The notes under the pieces are model-generated. The model did not search any database. It had not been told where the DNA came from and worked only from the letters and a program-made list of their open reading frames with translations. Shown piece after piece: positions 47,099 through 53,892 of a stretch of 53,892 nucleotides of DNA. Source of the DNA: a virus (lineage: Duplodnaviria; Caudoviricetes); the IMG/VR virus record IMGVR_UViG_3300027906_000022, positions 1 to 53,892 of that record; one strand, given 5' to 3'. Numbering within the stretch: position 1 is the stretch's first letter; every line of letters begins with the position of its first letter. The position numbers and the translations under genes are program-made.

Positions 47099-50000
47099 TT
47101 ATGAAGCCGCTAAAAATGTAAGAGTATTGGTACTATCATGTCCTACTTGAACCGTGTAACCTATGTTTTGATCTATATTTTCAGCTTTGATAGTACATGT
47201 TACAGATGTTCCTGTGGCTCCTGTATCAGAATTAGCGAATGTTACAGTAAAGTCATTTGATCCGTCTGGACCTGTATCTATTATTTTATTATAAACTGGA
47301 TCTGTATCATATGAATGAGCGACTACATATTTTTTAGCAACCGATGTGGCTGTACTAGTTTCGGAAGTTAACCATACATCAAATATTAATGTACCTGTTG
47401 TTGCTCTTGTTAAGGTAAATGCTAAATTTCCAGGAGCTCCTGTGGCAGCTGTTATAGCTTGATCACCAGAGAATATACCACCACCTGATCCACCAGGATT
47501 TGTACCAGCTGTTACGTGACCTTTAACATCAACTGTCACGCTATCGTATGTTCCAGCTGATACCCCAGAATTATCATGAGTTATAGTAACACTTGTACCT
47601 GTGCCACCACCACCTATTGGGGATGTAGTATTTACAGTTTCTACACCTTGTAAATCTGGAGGCGTTGCCCATGTTGCATCAGCTCTTAAGAATTTGGCTT
47701 GATCTCCAGCAGCTGAAGCGGGTACCGCACCTTTAGTTCCAGCGGTAAGAGCTGCAGCAGCACCCATTGTATTTATACCTATCGCTGGTGTAGTACCTCC
47801 GGTAGAAGTTATAGGTAAAGTTCCTGTTACACCGGTTACCCCAGTTCCAGGGGGTACTGCCCAGTTACCATCACCTCTATAGAAAGTTGTAGCACCTGCT
47901 GTACCACCAGCATTTATAAGACCTATTGTCATTTCCCCAGCGCTAACAGCTGAATCAGTTGCTATACCAGCGCCTCCTCCTTCAACAGCACCCGTAAACA
48001 TTAATGTTCCACCATCTGCTACATTAATATTAGTACCTTCATCAGAATCAGCAACCCAACCACCACCGGTAACATCGGTCCATGGGACGTTAACTACAAG
48101 TTGATCACTTGAATTCATTTGAATTCCATATGTTCTACCAGCTGTAGTTGTTACTGCATTTGCGGCAGTAGTTTGTTCTGTATCATCTTCTAGTTTCCCT
48201 AAACCTAAAACGGAAGAGGTCATAGCTACGTAAGTTGTGTCGGGTGGAATTGAGAATTGTGCGTCCGCATTTAAGAAATAAGTTGTTGGGGCGCTAAATG
48301 TTGCTGCTAAAGGACCTGGTACTAAACCAGGTGTACCATTTGCTACCCCCGAAGGAGCTGCTGTAAATACACTATATGTAGTATCGGTCCAAGGTATATT
48401 AACCACTAGTTGATCACTAGCGTTAGCAGTTATACCATAAGTTCTATTAGCAGCTGTTTGTTGGGCTACAGCTGCTGGGGTAGATCCTGTAGAATATCTA
48501 AGTTTACCTAACCCTAAAGTTGAGGTAGTCATCGCAACATATGTTGTATCTGTTGGTACTGCCCAAGAATTATCTCCTCTTAAAAATGTTGTAGCGTCTG
48601 CAGTACCTGAAGCTGATAGATTAATTGTACCTAGATCAACTGATCCTACCGCACTTGATTTATCATTACCTGATATAAATGTTCCAAAGGTAGCAGATAG
48701 ATCTGCAACCCCTTCATCTGACTGTACAATTGACCAATCACCAATAACCGATGCGTCATCTACTGCGGCGCTTACCGCTATAATAGAATCCCCTATATCT
48801 AATGTAGCTCCACTACAATAAAAAGATCCTCCAGCTGTTGCTACTATATAATAATCCCCAACCGCTACAGATATTCTCACACCTGCACCACCTGGGCAAT
48901 TATATAAATAATCACCAACACTACTTCCAGAGACTACTTGTCCAGTATCGGCTCTAAATGTACCTCTGAAAGTTAAACCACCTGCTACAAGTCCATCAAC
49001 ATATCCTTTAGATGCAGCATCTGTAGACGCGCTCGGTGTTGCGGGTATTGTTAATTGCCCACCAAAACTTGATTGACCAGTTCCAGAAACTGTTAGTTCC
49101 CCAGTGATAGTAACATCATCTGGTAAACCAAAGACATAAGCATCTTCTGCTACACCTGTTACTTCTACCTCGTTTGATGTACCTGAGAAAGTTATAGTAT
49201 CTTGCGTGGATCCATTAGCACTTAATATTAAATCTGTTGAACCTGCTGCTTTGTCTAATATATATGTAGTATTAGTATCAGCTGGCCATGTAACAGTTTT
49301 TAAATCTATTGCTGTAACGTGCCCTTCTGCTCCTGTACTCACCGATGCGACTAAATCTAGTGTACCTCCCGGTGAAGGAGATGAAGCGCTTGTAGTATCA
49401 GATCTACTTGTATTATTATGATTTATTACTAGTTCATCTGTTGCTTGAGCTAGCGTGGTAATATATGTACCCCCTACAAATTTAACTGTATTACCAGATT
49501 CTACATCTTGAGTTCCAGTATCACCTGTTAATACCCATTTATTATAATCTGTATCAACACCAGTTAAAGTTATAGTATTACTTAATTGAGCCGCTGTAAC
49601 GCTACCTGCACCTAATATTTTAACAGTACCACCACCATCGCTTAATAAAACACCAGAATCAGTGTTGTTAGTTCCTGTACCTGTTATAGTTTGATATGCA
49701 GAAACTGCCCCGTTTATTGTAACGTTATCATCATCAACCCTTGTGACTGTTACACCTCCACTACCGGTTATTATTATATCATCAGCTATCCCCATAGAAA
49801 CAGCATTTAATTGTAAAGCTGGATCTACATTAGTTCCCCCTGTTTGAACCATCTTTAAATCATACTCATCAAATGGTAAATCAGATACGCTACCATATCT
49901 AACACTGTTACCAGCATTACTATATATTATAGTATCTGTAAGAGCTATAGCAGTTCCAGGAGAAGCATTGGCTGAAAGAACCATGTTACTCGCTCCACTG

Positions 50001-50731
50001 TAATTTATATTTACAACCGGGTCTACTGCTGTACCTGTTAAAACAATACCTGCACCAGCCGTTACACTTTCAACATACCCAAATGATGATGCATCGATCC
50101 ATCTAAGTTCTTGATCAGGACCTGCTACAGTAAAACTGGACAATATTTGCGTGTTGGTACCTTTAGAACCAGCACCATCTGCTATCCACCCACTAATTTG
50201 AACATTAGAGGTGTCTAACCCACTATCACCTATTTCAAGATGATTACTAGCAAACAACCCAGTGGCTGTTTTTTGTGTCATTATAGAATCCCCTAAAGAA
50301 CTAGCACCTGTCCACCTTGTTATTTTATTGAGCGTACCACCACCTGTCAACAAAGAGCTTTGATCTAATTTTTCCCAAAATATGGTTCCTATAGAGTTAA
50401 TGGACACAATTGCCCAGTCATTTACCTCCCAATCTGTTATATTACCTGCAGCGCCGGTTAACGATGTTGTACCTGCCACATCTACGATCCAATAGTAACC
50501 AATATTGGTTTGGACTAAAGTTGTATCGCTTAAAGTTGGGTTATTTGTGTTTGCATTCCATTTAGCTTGATAAACTAAACCTGGAGTTAGTTCTGTTTTT
50601 ATATAACCTGCAATCTGTTCCATAGTAACAGAATTTGTAGGTTTATGCTTCTTGGACATGTCACTTATAATAAGTAAATCATCTCCAGCTAAGTTGCCTA
50701 CTAGTCCAGGGTAAGAATATATTATAGCCAT
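47099..50731 (-). CDS. Long tail fibre (proximal/shaft) protein
   Basis: 1210 aa Thr/Gly-rich; DAASKGYVD, FLRGDxxW repeats, VTVDVKGHVT. Confidence 0.8.
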   Translation of the reverse strand: MAIIYSYPGLVGNLAGDDLLIISDMSKKHKPTNSVTMEQIAGYIKTELTPGLVYQAKWNANTNNPTLSDTTLVQTNIGYYWIVDVAGTTSLTGAAGNITDWEVNDWAIVSINSIGTIFWEKLDQSSLLTGGGTLNKITRWTGASSLGDSIMTQKTATGLFASNHLEIGDSGLDTSNVQISGWIADGAGSKGTNTQILSSFTVAGPDQELRWIDASSFGYVESVTAGAGIVLTGTAVDPVVNINYSGASNMVLSANASPGTAIALTDTIIYSNAGNSVRYGSVSDLPFDEYDLKMVQTGGTNVDPALQLNAVSMGIADDIIITGSGGVTVTRVDDDNVTINGAVSAYQTITGTGTNNTDSGVLLSDGGGTVKILGAGSVTAAQLSNTITLTGVDTDYNKWVLTGDTGTQDVESGNTVKFVGGTYITTLAQATDELVINHNNTSRSDTTSASSPSPGGTLDLVASVSTGAEGHVTAIDLKTVTWPADTNTTYILDKAAGSTDLILSANGSTQDTITFSGTSNEVEVTGVAEDAYVFGLPDDVTITGELTVSGTGQSSFGGQLTIPATPSASTDAASKGYVDGLVAGGLTFRGTFRADTGQVVSGSSVGDYLYNCPGGAGVRISVAVGDYYIVATAGGSFYCSGATLDIGDSIIAVSAAVDDASVIGDWSIVQSDEGVADLSATFGTFISGNDKSSAVGSVDLGTINLSASGTADATTFLRGDNSWAVPTDTTYVAMTTSTLGLGKLRYSTGSTPAAVAQQTAANRTYGITANASDQLVVNIPWTDTTYSVFTAAPSGVANGTPGLVPGPLAATFSAPTTYFLNADAQFSIPPDTTYVAMTSSVLGLGKLEDDTEQTTAANAVTTTAGRTYGIQMNSSDQLVVNVPWTDVTGGGWVADSDEGTNINVADGGTLMFTGAVEGGGAGIATDSAVSAGEMTIGLINAGGTAGATTFYRGDGNWAVPPGTGVTGVTGTLPITSTGGTTPAIGINTMGAAAALTAGTKGAVPASAAGDQAKFLRADATWATPPDLQGVETVNTTSPIGGGGTGTSVTITHDNSGVSAGTYDSVTVDVKGHVTAGTNPGGSGGGIFSGDQAITAATGAPGNLAFTLTRATTGTLIFDVWLTSETSTATSVAKKYVVAHSYDTDPVYNKIIDTGPDGSNDFTVTFANSDTGATGTSVTCTIKAENIDQNIGYTVQVGHDSTNTLTFLAAS

Positions 50732-50760
50732 AATTTTTTTGTTGAGTTGTATATACCATA

Positions 50761-50789
50761 TATACTTACAGGAAAACGGTGAAATTTAC
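50761..50789 (-). promoter_or_regulatory. Putative late promoter GTAAA-N15-GTAAGTATA at the head of the structural module
   Basis: Bipartite motif ~30 nt upstream of the first late gene. Confidence 0.5.
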
Positions 50790-51033
50790 AAACAGGGTGA
50801 CAATAGGTACTTACTATATATACCTTTATAGGCTAATGTCACTAAATATTACGTATAGAGAAGTATAGGGTTGCTCCTCTTCTCCCACTCTTGTTCTTGT
50901 TTTGTAAAATCGTTTCATTTTGACCGGGTCCCCTTGTTTTTCACGTTATATTCATGATCGTTTGAATTTTCCATGCATATCCCCCTACCTTTAGGCCTTT
51001 TCCTGCGATCTGCTGTCTTTCCCATACTATTAA

Positions 51034-51070
51034 TACAAATCTAATACAATTTGTCTTTGATAATATAATA
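51034..51070 (+). promoter_or_regulatory. Putative early promoter copy 1
   Basis: TACAAA-tct-AATACAA-tttgtctt-TGATAATATAATA; ATG at 51083. Confidence 0.8.
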
Positions 51071-51082
51071 AACTAATAACTT

Positions 51083-51211
51083 ATGTTTAATACTATAACC
51101 TTAATCAATCAAATCAGAAAACAATATCCATATGATAACAGTATGTGTAAAGATAAATACATAGAATTTATACAAGATCTATTATATGATATCATAATAA
51201 GTAGATTATGA
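51083..51211 (+). CDS. Small early protein, 42 aa (not in track)
   Basis: MFNTITLINQIRKQYPY...IISRL*; directly after promoter copy 1. Confidence 0.45.
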   Translation: MFNTITLINQIRKQYPYDNSMCKDKYIEFIQDLLYDIIISRL

Positions 51212-51285
51212 CAATATGTCAATGACATTATGACATAGTGATATACATACTAACTAATTCTAACTAATAAACAAACATACACATT

Positions 51286-51322
51286 TACAAACCAAATACA
51301 ATAACTAATTGATAATATAATA
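51286..51322 (+). promoter_or_regulatory. Putative early promoter copy 2
   Basis: TACAAA-cca-AATACAA-taactaat-TGATAATATAATA. Confidence 0.8.
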
Positions 51323-51361
51323 AATACTAAATAACTAATAATTAAATTAAATTAAATTCCT

Positions 51362-51592
51362 ATGAAAAATTCAATAACTTCAAGAAGATTTGTGATAAGA
51401 AAGTCACTAATTGGTAAAAACACTACAATCAATGTAGAATTCAAAAATGGTAAAACATTCACTTACAATCATGATAAAGCGTTTGAAATCATGAAACCAA
51501 AGTTAACTAATATGCCTTGTTTCATAAAGTATTCTTCTTACACTTCTTCAACTTCAGTTCCAACTATCTTAAGAGATAAAGAATTAGTATAA
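51362..51592 (+). CDS. Early hypothetical protein
   Basis: 76 aa; RFVIRKSLIGKN; AATTA-repeat leader. Confidence 0.7.
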   Translation: MKNSITSRRFVIRKSLIGKNTTINVEFKNGKTFTYNHDKAFEIMKPKLTNMPCFIKYSSYTSSTSVPTILRDKELV

Positions 51593-51651
51593 GTTGATTC
51601 ACTCGGCGTTGAGATGTGTTCTCTCGAGTATAAATAAAGTTGAACAGAATA

Positions 51652-51696
51652 TGACATTTTGGAATATAGGTGAGTTCGATTCTCACCATGTCAACT
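51652..51696 (+). ncRNA. tRNA-like minihelix (T-arm plus acceptor-like stem)
   Basis: GGTGAG-TTCGATT-CTCACC T-arm; TGACAT/ATGTCA flanking stem; no D or anticodon arm. Confidence 0.4.
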
Positions 51697-51903
51697 ATGA
51701 ATATAAGTACAACAATATATAATGAACTTCATTTAATAGATGAATTAGAATCTAACTTTTTAATAATAGAGAAATCTAAAAAAAGAAGAGAAGAATTAAC
51801 TAAAGCTTTAAATGAATTAGAAATGATTAGTGAAATTGGTAACTCAATTATAAAACACAATCACTTAAATGAATTAATAACTAAATACAAATTAAAACTA
51901 TGA
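51697..51903 (+). CDS. Early hypothetical protein
   Basis: Start revised to the ATG at 51697 (MNISTT), just after the T-arm element. Confidence 0.55.
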   Translation: MNISTTIYNELHLIDELESNFLIIEKSKKRREELTKALNELEMISEIGNSIIKHNHLNELITKYKLKL

Positions 51904-52052
51904 GAAATAAAAGAAAATTTCAACACATTGCTTTAAAAGTAATAGTAAAAGTAATATTACCCGCTTATTTAACCTTAATTGGACTTGGTACAATCGGAGT
52001 AATAATTCAACTAGTAAAAGATCCATCTTCATTTGATTTTGGTTTATACTAA
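51900..52052 (+). CDS. Small membrane protein, 50 aa (not in track)
   Basis: MRNKRKFQHIALKVIVKVILPAYLTLIGLGTIGVIIQLV...; ATGA overlap; basic N-terminus plus TM helix. Confidence 0.6.
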   Translation: MRNKRKFQHIALKVIVKVILPAYLTLIGLGTIGVIIQLVKDPSSFDFGLY

Positions 52053-52089
52053 TACAAAATAAATACAAATAAAGTATGATAATATAATA
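52053..52089 (+). promoter_or_regulatory. Putative early promoter copy 3
   Basis: TACAAA-ata-AATACAA-ataaagta-TGATAATATAATA; ATG at 52101. Confidence 0.8.
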
Positions 52090-52100
52090 AACTATTAATT

Positions 52101-52268
52101 ATGAAATTAACTAAAGAAGAAATCTCAATACTTCACAGAGCATTAAAAGTTTATACAATAGATTTACTTGACAAAGAAATGAAAGGTTTTGAAAAAGGTT
52201 TAGATGAGCTAGATTACCCAGAAGCATTAATGAGTGTCACAAAGAAAATTAAAGAAAAATATGAGTAA
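52101..52268 (+). CDS. Small early protein, 55 aa (not in track)
   Basis: MKLTKEEISILHRALKVY...KEKYE*; after promoter copy 3. Confidence 0.65.
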   Translation: MKLTKEEISILHRALKVYTIDLLDKEMKGFEKGLDELDYPEALMSVTKKIKEKYE

Positions 52269-52437
52269 AATGTCAGAATTAGATTTAGTTGCACAAGGTG
52301 TAGCAGATCACATCAAAGAATTAATAGAAGATAGTGTCGACTGGCAATTATCTGATCAACCTTTAGAAGGTAATGATTACATAGAAATGAGAGAATATGT
52401 AATAAACTTAGCTTTAAATAAATTATTACAAAAATGA
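52261..52437 (+). CDS. Early hypothetical protein
   Basis: Start revised to the ATG at 52261 (MSKMSELDL), overlapping the upstream stop. Confidence 0.65.
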   Translation: MSKMSELDLVAQGVADHIKELIEDSVDWQLSDQPLEGNDYIEMREYVINLALNKLLQK

Positions 52438-52694
52438 ATTATAGAAAAATAGAATTTAAATATGTCACTTGGACAACTTGGAATGGTAAATTCTGCACTG
52501 GATATCACTGTGAAGATAAGAAATTACTAGAAGGTTTAAATACTACATCATTTGGTACAAAAACTATAGTGGAAATGCAAGATAAAATTGATGACTATGT
52601 AGATAGAAGAAGATATCACTTGTATAAACAACAACAATATAACTTGGCAGAACAAGAATATATGGAGAAATACGGAACTTTATACGCAGATTAA
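52434..52694 (+). CDS. Early hypothetical protein
   Basis: 86 aa, ATGA coupled. Confidence 0.65.
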   Translation: MNYRKIEFKYVTWTTWNGKFCTGYHCEDKKLLEGLNTTSFGTKTIVEMQDKIDDYVDRRRYHLYKQQQYNLAEQEYMEKYGTLYAD

Positions 52695-52696
52695 CT

Positions 52697-52771
52697 ATGG
52701 AAGAAACAACTTTAACACTAATATTAATAATATCCTTTTATATATGGATAAAAATAGCAGATAAATTATGA
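52697..52771 (+). CDS. 24-aa TM peptide (not in track)
   Basis: MEETTLTLILIISFYIWIKIADKL*; ATGA overlap with 52768. Confidence 0.5.
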   Translation: MEETTLTLILIISFYIWIKIADKL

Positions 52772-53028
52772 AATTAATAAATATAAGTAAAAAAGGTACA
52801 CTTAAATTTGAATTAAGTGACGGAAGATTCATAACTTCTTATAATAGTGGTTATGTAAGAATTAATGGTAATGATAGACTTTACCAAATAAATAAAGTAA
52901 AGAAAATTAAAATTAATGGTCACCCAAAGTATTATGATGACTATTATTATAAAAGAATATTGATTCACTGTCCAAAAAAGAGATATGAATACATAAAAGA
53001 ATGGGTGAATCGAAATATTACAAATTAA
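52768..53028 (+). CDS. Early hypothetical protein
   Basis: 86 aa; SGYVR...YQINK. Confidence 0.65.
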   Translation: MKLINISKKGTLKFELSDGRFITSYNSGYVRINGNDRLYQINKVKKIKINGHPKYYDDYYYKRILIHCPKKRYEYIKEWVNRNITN

Positions 53029-53055
53029 ATACAAAAATATATTGATAATATAATA
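53019..53055 (+). promoter_or_regulatory. Putative early promoter copy 4
   Basis: TACAAA-tta-AATACAA-aaatatat-TGATAATATAATA; ATG at 53062. Confidence 0.8.
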
Positions 53056-53061
53056 AAATTT

Positions 53062-53241
53062 ATGCAAAAAATATTTAAAAAAGTAGATAAAACTACAATT
53101 AAACTAAATAATATAATCTATAAAGGTTATACACTATCAGAACTTCCACCGTCGTTCGCATTTATTTATAATGAAGACAATGAAAACTTCGGTATTCAAT
53201 CATGGTTTAACTACAAAGGTCTTACCTATGTTGCCAAGTAA
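53062..53241 (+). CDS. Small early protein, 59 aa (not in track)
   Basis: MQKIFKKVDK...WFNYKGLTYVAK*; after promoter copy 4. Confidence 0.65.
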   Translation: MQKIFKKVDKTTIKLNNIIYKGYTLSELPPSFAFIYNEDNENFGIQSWFNYKGLTYVAK

Positions 53242-53242
53242 C

Positions 53243-53476
53243 ATGAAAGAATTATGCCTCTATGTAAAAAAGGCGAGAAAACAGGCGGCGAACGAGCATA
53301 GGCGTTCCGTTGCTCACCACGGAGAATGTAACGGACTTACGGATTCTGAATACAATTGTGTTAGAATCAGGGGTAAGAAAACATTTTCTCAACAACGTAA
53401 GTTCGTACACTCCAAAATGTGGTCAGTTTATAATGAAAAATATGATTTAAAACAACTTAAAAAAGTAATAAAATGA
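53243..53476 (+). CDS. Early basic hypothetical protein
   Basis: Start revised to the ATG at 53243 (MKELCLYVKK), just after the upstream stop. Confidence 0.6.
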   Translation: MKELCLYVKKARKQAANEHRRSVAHHGECNGLTDSEYNCVRIRGKKTFSQQRKFVHSKMWSVYNEKYDLKQLKKVIK

Positions 53477-53757
53477 GTGATTCAGTAAAAAAATGGCATG
53501 AAATGATGGAAGAAGAAGCTCTTAAAAAAGAAATACAAGAACAAAATAACGTTCATATAAAAGAAGTAGTATATGTATGGGTGTTAGATTTTGAAGACGG
53601 CAAAGTATATTGTTATGATAAATGGAATCCAGATTTAATGTCTTGTGAAGATTTTTTAATAGCAGTAGGACACCCTATAACTAATTGTGAATGGATGGTG
53701 AGTAAAACTAAAGATGTAAATTACGTAATAGGAAATTCATATAGTGACGGTAGTTAA
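53473..53757 (+). CDS. Early hypothetical protein
   Basis: 94 aa, ATGA coupled; WVLDF..G...NCEWM. Confidence 0.6.
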   Translation: MSDSVKKWHEMMEEEALKKEIQEQNNVHIKEVVYVWVLDFEDGKVYCYDKWNPDLMSCEDFLIAVGHPITNCEWMVSKTKDVNYVIGNSYSDGS

Positions 53758-53892
53758 ATCTACGGCTATATAATCTAGACGAGTAGCTCAAATAGGGTTA
53801 AGGAGAAATAGGAGGCGAAAGCCACACTAACTCTTGTAATCGCGTGAGTGAATTGCTAGTGGAACTAGGTATGGACAGATTAAAGGCGATTT
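53750..53892 (+). ncRNA. Candidate structured RNA (may be truncated by the window end)
   Basis: Consecutive and nested stems including GGC-GAAA-GCC, AGGGTTA/TAACTCT and AATCGC/GCGATT. Confidence 0.4.

Noticed and set aside
2574-49421. Plus-strand ORFs in the track within the late module (e.g. 2574, 8001, 14433, 23726, 40307)
   Set aside because: Antisense shadows of long, well-supported minus-strand genes with no recognisable motifs.
39622-50731. Diversity-generating retroelement or invertible fibre cassette
   Set aside because: No reverse transcriptase or recombinase in the window; I saw no adenine-specific template/variable repeat pair, and all fibres are co-oriented.
51600-51697. Complete tRNA gene or attP
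   Set aside because: No D or anticodon arm and no CCA; no integrase in the window. Kept only as a tRNA-like element.
51034-53055. Mini-CRISPR interpretation of the repeated 37-bp motif
   Set aside because: Copies are 250-970 nt apart with genes between them and have variable internal spacers; promoter geometry fits better.
52813-53067. Minus-strand 84-aa ORF in the early region
   Set aside because: Antisense to 52768..53028 and overlapping promoter copy 4.

Overview
About 54 kb of an AT-rich dsDNA tailed phage genome with the gene set and order of podovirus-type Bacteroidota (Flavobacteriaceae-like) phages; host and taxonomy are inferred from gene content and A/T-rich, Shine-Dalgarno-less start contexts, not from a search. 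Bases 1-50.7 kb are a single minus-strand late module. In transcription order it holds four tail fibres and chaperones, GroEL/GroES, a cluster of small basic proteins, holin, a tandem-GroES protein, TerS, TerL, portal, scaffold, major capsid, tail ring and nozzle proteins, a GNAT, three probable ejection proteins (the last 3201 aa), an M15 endolysin and secreted proteins. After a divergent non-coding region (~50.73-51.08 kb), plus-strand small early ORFs begin. Most notable: (1) the 3201-aa protein looks like a polyprotein (zincin, ECF-sigma region-2-like domain, His-Me-like domain, HAD phosphatase) with no RNA polymerase motif, while the early region carries four exact copies of a 37-bp non-host-like promoter pattern, suggesting a virion-delivered sigma factor; (2) a G_GGA_AAG slippery site plus GC-rich hairpin at the stop of an ejection-protein gene predicts a -1 frameshift adding 49 aa; (3) a second, late-promoter-like motif, a tRNA-like minihelix and a structured RNA at the window end. 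All protein calls are by-eye motif recognition plus synteny.
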